NCBI GenBank assembly: GCA_965218295.1
Contig: CBDCKN010000013.1
Coordinates: 128,001 to 192,000, forward strand
Direction of reading: 5' to 3'
DNA from: Longimicrobiales bacterium
Lineage (GTDB): Bacteria; Gemmatimonadota; Gemmatimonadetes; Longimicrobiales; Gaopeijiaceae
Length of the DNA stretch: 64,000 bases
Position numbers and translations under genes: made by a program. Shown piece after piece: positions 37,680 to 47,588 of this stretch (position 1 is the first letter of the stretch; each line of letters starts with the position of its first letter). The notes below the pieces were generated by a model. The model did no database searches, was not told the origin of the DNA, and saw nothing but the letters and a program-made list of their open reading frames with translations.

Positions 37680-39455
37680 TCAGGCAGTCCTCGTCTCTCG
37701 ATGAAGAGGTAGCACGAAGGAGAACGTGCTCCCTCCTCCCACCTCGGTGTCCACCTGGACCTGGGCGCCATGGGCCGCCAGGATCCCCTCAACGATAGCG
37801 AGGCCCAGACCGGCACCGCCCCCTCCGGAGCGGTGGCCCTTCCAGAAACGGTCGAAGAGGTGCTCGCGCATCTCGGGCTCGATACCGGGGCCCGTATCCT
37901 TCACGGCCACGAGAACGCCTCCCTCGGCGCCAGAAGCGGAGACCATGACCTCCCCCCCGTCGGGCGTGAACTTCAGAGCGTTCACGATGAGGTTCGACAT
38001 AACTTGAAGGATGCGGTCGCGATCCGCCTCCACCCGCGGTAGGTCCGGATCGATCTCCCCGCACAGACGGACGGCCTCCTCATCGGCTCGCGAGCGGGCC
38101 GACGCCACGGCTTCCTCGAGCATCTCGGTCGTCTCTACCGGCTTCTGCCAGACAGAGAGCCGTCCGGCCTCGATCTGCGCCACATCCAAGAGGTCCTGGA
38201 TCATGCGGTTGATCCGGTCCGCGGCTCGCTGGATGATGTGGAGGTGCTCGCTCCGCCGCTCCGACGGAAGCGGCACGTCGGCGAGGAGCTCGGCAGCGGC
38301 CGTAATCGTTCCCACGGGATTCCTGAGGTCGTGCGAAACCACGGCCAGCACCTCGTCCCGGGCCCGGACGGCTTCACGCAACGCCTGCTCGGCTTCGTGA
38401 ATCTCGGTCATGTCGGTGATCGTCAACACGACCCCTCGGACCTCCAGCCCGTCCGTCATGGGGCTGACGCTGAGCTGCACGGGGAAGGACGACCCGTCCT
38501 TGCGCCAGATGACGTCATCCAGGACGCGGACAGTTTCGCCCGTCGCCAGAGATGTCCGGACGGGGCATTCCTCTTCGGGGTGAGGGGTCCCGTCTGGCCG
38601 CGTGTGGTGGATCAGCGAGTGGACCGGCCGACCCCGCAGCTCCCTCGGCGTATATCCCAGCAGCTCGGTGCCGGCCTCGTTCAGGAACGTGCAGCGGCCA
38701 TCCAGGTCGAGGCCTACAAGCACATCGCCTGTCCCTCTCAGGACCGCACGGAGCTCTCGACGGGCCGCCACCGTCTCCCGGCGTCGTCGGATCTCGTTCC
38801 GAACCAGCTCCTGCAGCCGAAACCCCACGATCCCCATGGCCGCCGCCCCCACGATGGCCAGGGCGATGGTGCCGATGGTGACCCAGACCTGAATGAGGGC
38901 CTGCCGATCCAATCTGATAGCCGTCGATGCGGCGTCACGGATCAGACGGTCCTCGAATGCCCGCGTGTCCGCGCGGACGGCCTCGTAACGGGCCCTATCG
39001 TCGTCCAGCCTCTCACCGAAGTCCTGTGGACGGATGCCGATTGCCCCACCCTCCATGAGAGGCGCGTGAAGCACTTGCCATTCGCTGATGCGCATCTCGA
39101 GCTGACTGAGCTCACGGAGGTAGGAGAACGATGAGGGCATCTCTTCGATCACCTGCTGCAGCTCGCCCAGCCACGCGGTCTCCCTTTCGAGATCCTCCTG
39201 ATAGACGCTCAGGTACGTCGAATCACCCGTGGCCACATACTGCTCCACGCGCATCATCTGATTGGAGTGGGCGAGGGCGATCTCGGGGATCAAGGGCCGG
39301 GCCTCGGCGAAGACGTCGATGTCCCGTCTGAGATCGGCCTGCTGGCGCTCGAGGAACCACGGAATCAAGGCCAGGGAGAGCAGGGCAGCGAAGGACACTC
39401 CCAGAGAGAGGATCCATCCTGACCGCGCTACCCGCGGCTCGCTGCTAGAGGCCAT
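37680..39455 (-). CDS. Membrane sensor histidine kinase (2 TM, PAS, HisKA, HATPase)
   Basis: Two TMs flanking a helical sensor domain, PAS (RKDGSSFPV), SHDLRNP, NLIVNALKF, DTGPGI, GAGLGLAIV. Confidence 0.93.
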   Translation of the reverse strand: MASSSEPRVARSGWILSLGVSFAALLSLALIPWFLERQQADLRRDIDVFAEARPLIPEIALAHSNQMMRVEQYVATGDSTYLSVYQEDLERETAWLGELQQVIEEMPSSFSYLRELSQLEMRISEWQVLHAPLMEGGAIGIRPQDFGERLDDDRARYEAVRADTRAFEDRLIRDAASTAIRLDRQALIQVWVTIGTIALAIVGAAAMGIVGFRLQELVRNEIRRRRETVAARRELRAVLRGTGDVLVGLDLDGRCTFLNEAGTELLGYTPRELRGRPVHSLIHHTRPDGTPHPEEECPVRTSLATGETVRVLDDVIWRKDGSSFPVQLSVSPMTDGLEVRGVVLTITDMTEIHEAEQALREAVRARDEVLAVVSHDLRNPVGTITAAAELLADVPLPSERRSEHLHIIQRAADRINRMIQDLLDVAQIEAGRLSVWQKPVETTEMLEEAVASARSRADEEAVRLCGEIDPDLPRVEADRDRILQVMSNLIVNALKFTPDGGEVMVSASGAEGGVLVAVKDTGPGIEPEMREHLFDRFWKGHRSGGGGAGLGLAIVEGILAAHGAQVQVDTEVGGGSTFSFVLPLHRETRTA

Positions 39456-39579
39456 CGATGCCTTTCCTCACGGAGTTGGGCCCTCTCCGTCAATCTCGAG
39501 GGCACACGAAACCTGTTCGCTACCCTAGTGTCCCGTTACCAAAGTGTCTCGGACAGTCGAGGGCACGGTGCATCCGTAA

Positions 39580-39695
39580 CGGAACCCTAGACGAGTGCAC
39601 GAACCTACGCCGCTTGCACTACGTGAGCACCTGTTATGTGAGTGGTAGACACCCCGGAGTGTTCCACGGGACGGATCTGGACGTCGGCCACCCTC
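39580..39695 (+). pseudogene. Internal fragment of an extended SDR (NAD_binding_4-like) reductase
   Basis: LRRLHYVSTCYVSGRHPGVF..DLDVGH motif, with no start or Rossmann region around it. Confidence 0.55.
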
Positions 39696-39774
39696 AGAGA
39701 AGAGCATCCTCGGCCAGGTCCGCCAGCCGCTTCGAGAGGTCCAGCGCGTTCAGGTCCAGCACGGGGAAGATCGT

Positions 39775-40599
39775 TCAGGATCCGCCCGAAGCGGAGGGAA
39801 CGAACGCCACAATCCGCAGCGGTCCGCCGCTTCCACCGGCGATCTTCATGGGCAAGGCGACCACGAACGCCCCCGACTCGGGGACCGCGCCGAGGTTGGC
39901 CATGTTCTCGAAACCGGGAGTGTCGGACGAGTACAGGATCCGGTGCGTCTCGAAGCCGGCAGACTGGCCATAGTCGATGCTGGGCGTGTCGATGCCCACC
40001 GCCGCGACCTCACGCTGCTCGATGATCCAACGGGCCGCGTCCGGGTGGATCCCGGGAAAGTGGAGCTCGGGGACCGCGTCGGGGCCCGTGCGCTCCGTGC
40101 CCAGGTAGCTCAGCCGGTCGGGCCAGCGATCTCCCCAGCCTGTGCGGAAGAGCAGGATGGAGCCGTCGGGGATCCGTCCATGCCGGGCCTCCCAGGCTTC
40201 TAGATCGCCGGCGGAGATCAGGTAGTCCGGCGTGGCGTGGGCGGACACGTCCACGACGACGGCCGGAGCGATCAACCGGTCCAGAGGAATCTCCTCCGCC
40301 GTCATGCCACCACGGAAGAAATGGAAGGGCGCATCCAGATGGGTTCCGCCGTGCTCAGCGGTGAAGACGTTGTAGGCACTGTAGAAGTATCCGGCGTCGG
40401 TCTCGCCGTAGGCCACTTCATCCAGTCGGAAGCCCTCGGCCGTGGGCCAATAGATGGTCTCTTCCGAGTAGGCGTAGCTGAGGTCGACCCAGCGACCACC
40501 CGATCCGTCGAACACGGCTGAGAAATCCGGCTGCCCGGTAGGTGCCTGACAACCCAGGAGCGCCAACAAAGCCCCGCCGCATACCAGTGATCCACGCAT
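39775..40599 (-). CDS. Cyclase family metal-dependent hydrolase (kynurenine formamidase-like), probable lipoprotein
   Basis: Lipobox LLGC, EHGGTHLDAPFH, FRTGW, GIDTPSID, ENMANL, PMKIAGGSGGPLR. Confidence 0.9.
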   Translation of the reverse strand: MRGSLVCGGALLALLGCQAPTGQPDFSAVFDGSGGRWVDLSYAYSEETIYWPTAEGFRLDEVAYGETDAGYFYSAYNVFTAEHGGTHLDAPFHFFRGGMTAEEIPLDRLIAPAVVVDVSAHATPDYLISAGDLEAWEARHGRIPDGSILLFRTGWGDRWPDRLSYLGTERTGPDAVPELHFPGIHPDAARWIIEQREVAAVGIDTPSIDYGQSAGFETHRILYSSDTPGFENMANLGAVPESGAFVVALPMKIAGGSGGPLRIVAFVPSASGGS

Positions 40600-40865
40600 G
40601 ACGATCTCCTCTCTGCTGAGTCGGCCACGGGTCTCTTCACGGAAGCAGTCCTTGTGACGGAGATCGGTGCGCTGGCCCCGTCGAATCCGGTCTCGATCTC
40701 CAGAATCCGCCCGAAGCTTCTGATGGTCCGTCCGACCCCGCAACGCTGGTGGGAGTAGTGGCACTACTACTCGGGGCGGCCTGGTTGGCGAGCTACGTTC
40801 CGGCGAAGCGGACCTCACGGATCGACCCCATCCTCACCATGAAGGCGGAGTAATACGGCGAATGG

Positions 40866-41147
40866 TCAGTCTTCCAGCAAGGGCCTCTTGGCGTCCTTCG
40901 CTCCGAGAGCGACTCCGGTCCCAACACCGGCTCCCACCGCGATGGCGGTCCCCACACCCACGAGCGGAAGTACAGCCACCAACGGAGAAGCAACGATGGT
41001 CGCGGCCACCCCAGCGGCCAAGGCGAGGCCCGGCTTCTCCACGATGCTCGTGAAACGCAGACGACGACCGACGAACTTCCGGCTCTTCACGTGTCCGAAG
41101 ACGCCCGCTGCAGTCGCCAAGCCTAAGCTGATCAGCCCGAACATCAT
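40866..41147 (-). CDS. Small hydrophobic membrane protein
   Basis: 93 aa, Gly/Ala-rich hydrophobic segments, basic linker, AGGA SD. Confidence 0.65.
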   Translation of the reverse strand: MMFGLISLGLATAAGVFGHVKSRKFVGRRLRFTSIVEKPGLALAAGVAATIVASPLVAVLPLVGVGTAIAVGAGVGTGVALGAKDAKRPLLED

Positions 41148-41254
41148 CAAGTCCTAACCCAAGAGTTCTCTTGGCCGAGATCACCGACCCACATCCTTTA
41201 TACCCCTACGGACCCCCGCCAGGATCCGTTTCGATAGGCCCGAAGGGAGCCAAG

Positions 41255-41329
41255 TGGGCGGTGGCAGATTCGAACTGCCGACCTCCTGGGTGTAAACCAG
41301 GCGCTCTGAACCAACTGAGCTAACCGCCC
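41255..41329 (-). tRNA. tRNA-Val(UAC), CCA not encoded
   Basis: GGGCGGT-TA-GCTC..GAGC-G-CCTGG-TTTACAC-CCAGG-AGGTC-GGCAG-TTCGAAT-CTGCC-ACCGCCC-A; all stems pair. Confidence 0.97.
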
Positions 41330-41432
41330 TACGGTACTTCTTCCAGTAAATAAGCGGCTTTCCGGGCTTAGTGCTCGGGAGACCGTTTTGGTTTGTGTAC
41401 GTTCGTTGTGTACGGAGGGACCAAGCATCTGC

Positions 41433-41540
41433 TTACTGCGCCTCTCTGAGCGTGCCGCCTTCCAACACAACCCGGAGCATGGTCTCTTGGTCCGCCTGCT
41501 GATAAACCTGGCGAAGCGTGTTGGAGTTCGTCCACCCCCC
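41433..41540 (-). pseudogene. C-terminal remnant of a tyrosine integrase
   Basis: GGWTNSNTLRQVYQQADQETMLRVVLEGGTLREAQ*, the GGW...Y catalytic-end pattern; followed by a TTGTGTACG direct repeat (41393, 41406) and the tRNA. Confidence 0.6.
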
Positions 41541-41802
41541 TTACGACTCGGTGTCGGCCGTCCCGGTAAGCGGGAGGGCTACTTCCTGCTTCCGAGTTCC
41601 TCTTCGGAGAAGTATACGTATCTTTATATCGTGACTATACGTACGGACGTAGGCATCCTCGGGCTGAGTGTAATACGCCGCGCTGTCTGCGGGATCGTCC
41701 AGGGTGCGCCAAGAATCTTACCCCCTAAAGTAGGTCTGGGATCGGGGCTCAGCCGCGACGAGAACTGACAAAGGCATCCACGAGCACAACACGAGATCTG
41801 TC

Positions 41803-41982
41803 ATGGAAACTCTGAAGTCCTACAACCCGGCCAACGGCGAGCTGTTCGGCGAAGTCCCAGTCACTTCTCCGGACGGGATCCCCGCATTCGTGGACCGCGC
41901 GCGTGCAGCCCAGCCGGCGTGGGAGGCCCTGGGCCACGACGGGAGGGCCCGCCTATTGGCAAAGGCCGCCGAGGCGGAGTAG
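41803..41982 (+). pseudogene. N-terminal fragment of an aldehyde dehydrogenase
   Basis: METLKSYNPANGELFGEVPVTS..VDRARAAQPAWEALGHDGRARLLAKAA* (59 aa). Confidence 0.75.
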
Positions 41983-42453
41983 CGGTGGCCTGAATCACGG
42001 CAAGGAATCGTCTAAAGTCAACCGAGACTGCACGATCTGCCATTCTTGCCGTTAGCGCAAGTCCGAGTCCGGCGTCCGGGAATACCCGGAAAGTCGGCTT
42101 CGAATGGCGGGACTCTCGCCCAGTTCGGCGGAAGCCTGAATGCATGTTCTCGCCGCCCCAGCTTCCCCTTGACGATCGCCGAAGTCCCGGGGACGGGCGG
42201 CCCCGGCAGAAGGCCACCAAAGGTACACCACCGCTCCCTCAGCACCCGTCCCGGTGACGGGTCGTTGGACTGCCGGGTTGCGGCCGGCTGGGTTCAGCTG
42301 GAAGCCGTCCTCGGCCGCCCTGCCAAAGGAGTCTGCTACCTACCGCCAACCGGCCCAGCCCCGACTGTGAGTGTGCCTTCGCGGCCGCGCTTCATCGGTC
42401 CGATCCTGCACTACAGGCCGCCACCTGGTAGGCGTCGTGGTTTTCGATTCCGT

Positions 42454-43433
42454 TCAGCCACGCGGTGAACGCGGCGGTTCCCGGTACGCACAGCGAGTTG
42501 CCCCCGATGTAGAGAGCGACGAGCCGCGCGAGTTGAAGGAAGCTCTGCGGGATCGGATCGGGCCGGTGAGCGCGTTCGTGTGAAGCGACAGCGCCGTCAG
42601 GTTGGCGAGGCCGCCGAGTTCCGCGGGGATCGAACCATTCAGGTTGTTCTTGGCAAGATTCAGGCCCGTGACCCTTCCGGATTCGTCCGTCGTCACTCCG
42701 AACCAGTCTCCGAGGGCGGCGCTCGTCAGCCAGCCGTTGTTCGCTACCCAGCCGGATCCACCCGTGGCTTCATACAAGGCGACCAGAACCGCGCGGTCCG
42801 GGTTGACCACCGTGATCCGGATGTCCCGCCAACGCCTCCGGCCGCCATGACGACGCTGGCCATGATATCCGCCTCCCCCTCCGCGAGCGCAATCGCCAGT
42901 CCCGAGTCGTTAACCGTGACCACCATCGTGTCGCTCGTTGTCCAGGCGAACTCCGTCTGCCCGGCCACCACGCTGCCGTTCCTGTCGATCGCTTCCGGGG
43001 AGAGGCGCAGGGTATCGCCGATCAACATTGTGTGTGCGCCGGGTGTGACCGAGACCGCGCTGACGACCTGCGCCACAGTCACCGTCGCGCTCCCGGAGGC
43101 GGATCCGGACGTGGCCATGATGGGTGCCGTACCGTTGCCGACGGCCATCGCCATCCCCGATCCGTCAACGGTAGCGACCGATGTGTTTCCGCTCGACCAG
43201 TTGACCATGGCACCCGCTATCACCTGCTGGTTCTGGTCACGCACCTGCGCCGAGAACTGGATGTTTTCCCCGAGCGCCGTAAGCTGGGCGGTAGCCGGCG
43301 TGACGGTCACTTCCGTTGCCTGCGGCCGGTCGACGGGAGCCGGGGGGTCCGTAGTCCCATCACCGCAAGCACTGACCCCCAACGCCAATACAGATAGTGT
43401 CAGAGTTCGAAGACGCATGGACAAGCTCCCCAT
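42454..43433 (-). pseudogene. Lipoprotein with two Ig-like (Big_2) domains plus plant-type LRR, frameshifted and truncated
   Basis: Lipobox VSAC, WSSGNTSVATVDGSG, 1-nt frameshift near 42822, then DRAVLVALYEATGG..W..WFGV..LNLAKNNLNGSIPAELGGLANLTALSL..N.LTGPI, ending after ~2 LRRs. Confidence 0.85.
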
Positions 43434-44122
43434 GAGTAGGCAGGAGACGATGGAACCGCGGGTCGGAACAGTTTATCAAGAGTCGTGACGGTCGGCAGCG
43501 TATCTCGAACGCCGAATCCGTCACGAACCACTCAGGATGGGGATCTGTAGTGGTCGGGTCAACCACGACGACGGTGCGGCGATCAGCCATCAGGACGCGC
43601 TGGCGAGACGGAAGGGCGGCGAGCCCCCCGCCCGCGCCCAGCGTCCATGATGTGCCGTTGCCGTTGGGGGGGTCAGAGGGGGCACAGCCCCCCGCCAGCC
43701 CCTGCCGGGGACCCGCGAAGCGTGGCCCCAAAGGGTAGGCTGGCTTGACCACCTTAGAGTGGCTCAAGCCAGCGCTGACGGACCTCCGTCACGCACCTCC
43801 GGGCACCGCCCGGAACAGCGTCCACCGGGCCGTTGCGGGCAAGCTCCTCCGCCTCGTTGCCACCAGTCTCGCGGGCGGCGAGGGCGAGTCCGTTCGCCTT
43901 GGCGATGGCGGCGACCTCTCCCGCGCCCCGCTTTCCACCCTACCCGCGTACCCCTCAGGGACGGGAGTTCGTCGATCCTGGGCGATCCTACGGCCCGGCA
44001 AGGCGCTTTGAAGGGCGAGGAGCAGCGCTATTCGCCCGAAAAGCAACGCAGAACGCAGCGTCCCGGCCCGGATGCATCGCCGGTCGAATGCCGAGAGGGT
44101 TTCTTCCACGGGCTGCCAGGAT

Positions 44123-44596
44123 TCATGACCCATGCACATGCGCGTGGACGGGAGTCGTCACGAAGTCGGGATGTCCGGACCCGATGGTACCATGCATGAG
44201 CTTGAAAGTCACTCCCGTTTCACCCTCCGCGACGCCGTGTAGATGGCCACCGAACTCTCCCGGCGTATCCTGTTCGAACTCGGCAATCGATTCATCTTCG
44301 ATATCCACCTCCAGGTAGAGCTCCTGGCCGAGAGTGATCGCATCGCCGTCAGGATCGACAAATCGCACCGCGATGTGGGGCGTCTCCTCACCTGCATCGA
44401 CCTCCATCTCGCCGACCCATCTCTGAGTCTCCCCATCGTAGGTGGCGATCACGAGGCCGCCCATGACCAGCTCGACTCCCTCGGGTTCCGCATGTTCCTC
44501 TTCGACCTCGGTCATCGACTCGCTGCAGCCGGCAAGCGTCAGGGCGAGAATGGCCGCCAATGCGGCCAGCGGGCTTCTGTAGCTCTTCGTGTTCAT
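44123..44596 (-). CDS. Acidic, His-containing lipoprotein, probably metal-binding
   Basis: Lipobox LAGC, EEEHAEPEG, HLHG, LMHGTIGSGHPDF, VHAHVH; directly downstream of the TonB receptor. Confidence 0.8.
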   Translation of the reverse strand: MNTKSYRSPLAALAAILALTLAGCSESMTEVEEEHAEPEGVELVMGGLVIATYDGETQRWVGEMEVDAGEETPHIAVRFVDPDGDAITLGQELYLEVDIEDESIAEFEQDTPGEFGGHLHGVAEGETGVTFKLMHGTIGSGHPDFVTTPVHAHVHGS

Positions 44597-44667
44597 CTGT
44601 ATTCTCCTTCGATAGCTCTTGAGTTTTTCATTGTGTCGGTCAGTCGAAGTCGTGCGCCGGAACATTC

Positions 44668-46932
44668 CTAGAACACGACTCGGTATGTCACACTCAGGCC
44701 CCTCCCGGCCTCGGGCATGATCTCCTTTACCCGGGAGAGGTGGTTGCGGTATTCCGCGTCCGTGGCGTTGTCGAGGCTCGCCGTGAGCACATTCAGACGA
44801 CCTCCCAGAGTGACCCTCGCACCGGCTGAGAGATTCAGGACCGTGTAGCCGCCGGTCGGCGTCTCGAACTCGCCGATTTGGTCCTGGCGGCTCGCCATCT
44901 CGGTCTCCGCGCGGATGAACCACAGCGGTCGCTCGTACTTCAGAGCCAAATGCCCTTTGAGCGGAGGTACGAGTGGGAGGGGTTGCTCGGTCGCCTTCAG
45001 ACTCCCCTTCACCGACGACGCAACCGCCTCCAGGGCCATTCCGCGCCCCACGGCCAGGTCCGCGGCGGCTTCGAAACCGCTGAAGACAGCGTCGTTGCCC
45101 CGGAACTGATAGATGGGGAGGAGCACCCGGCTCAGGCGGCCCGTGTCCTCTCCGTAGACGTAGTCCTCGATGTCGTTGTAGAAGCCGGTCACTTCGGCCC
45201 TTACCCGGTCGGACTCGAAGCGGAGGAAGACGTCGAGCCCTCTACCGATCTCGCCCTCCAGGGACGGGTTTCCGACTTCGAAAGAGTAGGCCGCCAGATG
45301 CGGCCCCTCCGAGTAGAGTTCGTTGATGTCGGGTGTCCGGAACGCACGGGTAAGACTGACCCCGAGCGTCAGACCCGAGCTGGCGGTGTACAGCACACCG
45401 AGCGAACCCGACAACGAATTGAACGTGCGGTTACGGATCTTGCCGATGTCCGAATCCCGATCACTCTCCACCGGATTGGCTCCGGTCCAGTCGTAGCGTA
45501 GCCCCCATTCGATCTGGACAGATCCCAGGTCGACCTCTTCCAGAAAGTACAGAGACGCCTTGCTGCGACGCGTGTCCGGCGTGTACAGGCTTCCGCCGTA
45601 CCCGAAGTCCTCCCAGGAAAAACGACCGCCCACCGCTCCTGCTGTGAAGGGTCCCAATTCTCCGTGTCGGCCCAGGAGTTCCCCACTGGCGGTCTGCCTC
45701 TCGTAGAGGGTTCCGAGGATTCCCGGTGGCTCCAGTTCACGGTGTCGATACCAGGTGTGGGTCGCGTCGAAACGGATGTCCTGGAAGAGACCGACGGGAT
45801 CGTCGACCAAAGTCCGGAATTTCGAAGCGGCGCGCTCCATCTCGATACGCACCCCTTCCTCGTGTCCCCCCACGAAACCGCCCGGGATGCCGTAGTGGTT
45901 TCGATAGCCACGGAAAGACGCCCCCAGGTGACCCCACTCCGCCACGTAGGCCGTGCCGACTCCGCCACTCCACAGATCGCCATCGGTGTTGGGCAGTGTG
46001 CCCAGCGGTGTCTTGAGGTCTCCACCCGTCCGCACCGCCCCCTCCACGCGCAAAGGCACGTGCTCGGCGACCGCGAAAACGGCCGTCGCGCTGCCACTCA
46101 GCGAGCCGGTCACCGTCTGGGTCTGAAGCGTTGCCGAGCCCGTCACGTGATGCGGGACCGCCGAGGGGATCTCATCGCGGATGACGTTAATGACCCCGCC
46201 AAGGGCGTTACCCCCGTAGAGGAGGGCCCCCGGGCCCCGCACCACCTCGATCCGTCGTGCGGACGCCGGGTCGAGCCCGGTAGTGTGGTCCGAGCCGGAG
46301 TTGGAGGCATCCCCCACAGCTGTCCCGTCCTCCAGCAAGAGCACCCTGTCCCCGCTCAACCCGCGGACAACCGGTTGCGAAACTGCCGGTCCCATGCTCG
46401 TGACGGCCATCCCCGGCATGGCGGCCAGGGTTGCCGCGATAGTCGCTTCCATCCGGCGTTGCAGCTCTTCGCCAGCCATGACGCTCACGGGCCGCAGCGC
46501 TTCCGCGGCACCCCGCTCGGTAAGGGTCGCGGTGACCACCATTCCCTGGAGTGCAATCGGAGACGTCACCAATTCGATTACGACTACCGCGGATTCGTCC
46601 CCCGCCGTCACCTCGGTGGTAGAGCCGCGGTACCCCAACCGGTCGACTCGTAGCGAGTAGTTCCCGTCGGCGATCCCGGTCAGGTGAAAGGTCCCGTCGC
46701 CGTGTGTCACGGCCCTCGTTCCCGTGCCGATGACCGAAACGAGCGCCCCCGCGAGAGGGGCTCCCGTCTCGGCGTCGCGCACCACGCCCTCGATCTCGCC
46801 TTCGTGCTCCGGCTCCTGCGATGATGCGGGTGCCGATAGCGCGGCGAGTCCGGCGATGGTTATGACGACGCCGGTACGGAGCAAGTCGAGCAGCGTTTTC
46901 TTCAATGGATGGCGGATTCGCTTTGGACGCAC
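44668..46932 (-). CDS. TonB-dependent receptor, ZnuD-like metal transporter group
   Basis: N-terminal CarboxypepD_reg-like domain, PVVRGLSGDRV, IEVVRGPGALLYGGNALGGVINV plug, ELYSEGPHLA, YRNHLSR, C-terminal F. Confidence 0.92.
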   Translation of the reverse strand: MRPKRIRHPLKKTLLDLLRTGVVITIAGLAALSAPASSQEPEHEGEIEGVVRDAETGAPLAGALVSVIGTGTRAVTHGDGTFHLTGIADGNYSLRVDRLGYRGSTTEVTAGDESAVVVIELVTSPIALQGMVVTATLTERGAAEALRPVSVMAGEELQRRMEATIAATLAAMPGMAVTSMGPAVSQPVVRGLSGDRVLLLEDGTAVGDASNSGSDHTTGLDPASARRIEVVRGPGALLYGGNALGGVINVIRDEIPSAVPHHVTGSATLQTQTVTGSLSGSATAVFAVAEHVPLRVEGAVRTGGDLKTPLGTLPNTDGDLWSGGVGTAYVAEWGHLGASFRGYRNHYGIPGGFVGGHEEGVRIEMERAASKFRTLVDDPVGLFQDIRFDATHTWYRHRELEPPGILGTLYERQTASGELLGRHGELGPFTAGAVGGRFSWEDFGYGGSLYTPDTRRSKASLYFLEEVDLGSVQIEWGLRYDWTGANPVESDRDSDIGKIRNRTFNSLSGSLGVLYTASSGLTLGVSLTRAFRTPDINELYSEGPHLAAYSFEVGNPSLEGEIGRGLDVFLRFESDRVRAEVTGFYNDIEDYVYGEDTGRLSRVLLPIYQFRGNDAVFSGFEAAADLAVGRGMALEAVASSVKGSLKATEQPLPLVPPLKGHLALKYERPLWFIRAETEMASRQDQIGEFETPTGGYTVLNLSAGARVTLGGRLNVLTASLDNATDAEYRNHLSRVKEIMPEAGRGLSVTYRVVF

Positions 46933-47016
46933 GGTTCACGGATACGGGCCACCCGCGATAGGGTGACCAGACCGTGAAAGGACGGAAGGAGCGGGGCGCG
47001 GGCGCTCCGAGGCGCG

Positions 47017-47379
47017 TCAAGCGATGGGCGGAGCCCTGGGAAAGACCGAACCGACCAGGACCCGCGTGATGGGGACTCGGTCAGCGTCTCGGTTCGCCTC
47101 GGGTAGTCGGAGGGGAGGCTCGCCTACCTGGGAAAGCGTGATCCCTTCCGAGACCCCGGCCTTGGAGAGCGATCGCACCACTTGGCAGAAGAAGTGCCCG
47201 TGATCGACGGCACAATCTGCATTTTCCGGCGATTCGATATGAACCGGTGACCCGAATCGCTCGATGTCGAGGATCGCATCGGCGGGACTCAGGCTGGCCG
47301 AAACGCCGATCTGAAGCGTGGCGATGCACGAAATGCCCACCCGGCGCAGGTCCCATCTGCTCGATTGCCGGAAGAACAA
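47017..47379 (-). CDS. DUF2946/CruR-like leader protein ending in RAPP
   Basis: N-terminal hydrophobic stretch, HIE..C..DHGH..CQ metal-ligand cluster, C-terminal PRAPPIA*, 84 bp upstream of the TonB receptor. Confidence 0.72.
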   Translation of the reverse strand: MFFRQSSRWDLRRVGISCIATLQIGVSASLSPADAILDIERFGSPVHIESPENADCAVDHGHFFCQVVRSLSKAGVSEGITLSQVGEPPLRLPEANRDADRVPITRVLVGSVFPRAPPIA

Positions 47380-47482
47380 GTGCCGCCGCCTTCAGAGTTT
47401 GAGAAGCGCGAGAACCTACGAGAATTGAAGCCGCTTTTCCTCGGTCGTCAAGTGCTCGAAGGCCACAAAGCCCGCGCACTCA

Positions 47483-47556
47483 TGGGCCCAGAGGGACTTG
47501 AACCCCCGACCGTTGGATTATGAGTCCGCTGCTCTAACCGCCTGAGCTATGGGCCC
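47483..47556 (-). tRNA. tRNA with CAU anticodon, most similar to tRNA-Ile2; anticodon stem has two mismatches
   Basis: GGGCCCA-TA-GCTC..GAGC-A-GCGGA-CTCATAA-TCCAA-CGGTC-GGGGG-TTCAAGT-CCCTC-TGGGCCC-A. Confidence 0.85.
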
Positions 47557-47588
47557 ATCTTAACGGTAACCGAAAGGTGAGCCGCCTG

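Noticed and set aside
43660..43740. G/C-run palindromic stretch (GGGGGCACAGCCCCC) resembling REP or plasmid single-strand-origin motifs
   Set aside because: Single copy in the window with no associated Rep/RAYT gene, so it cannot be supported
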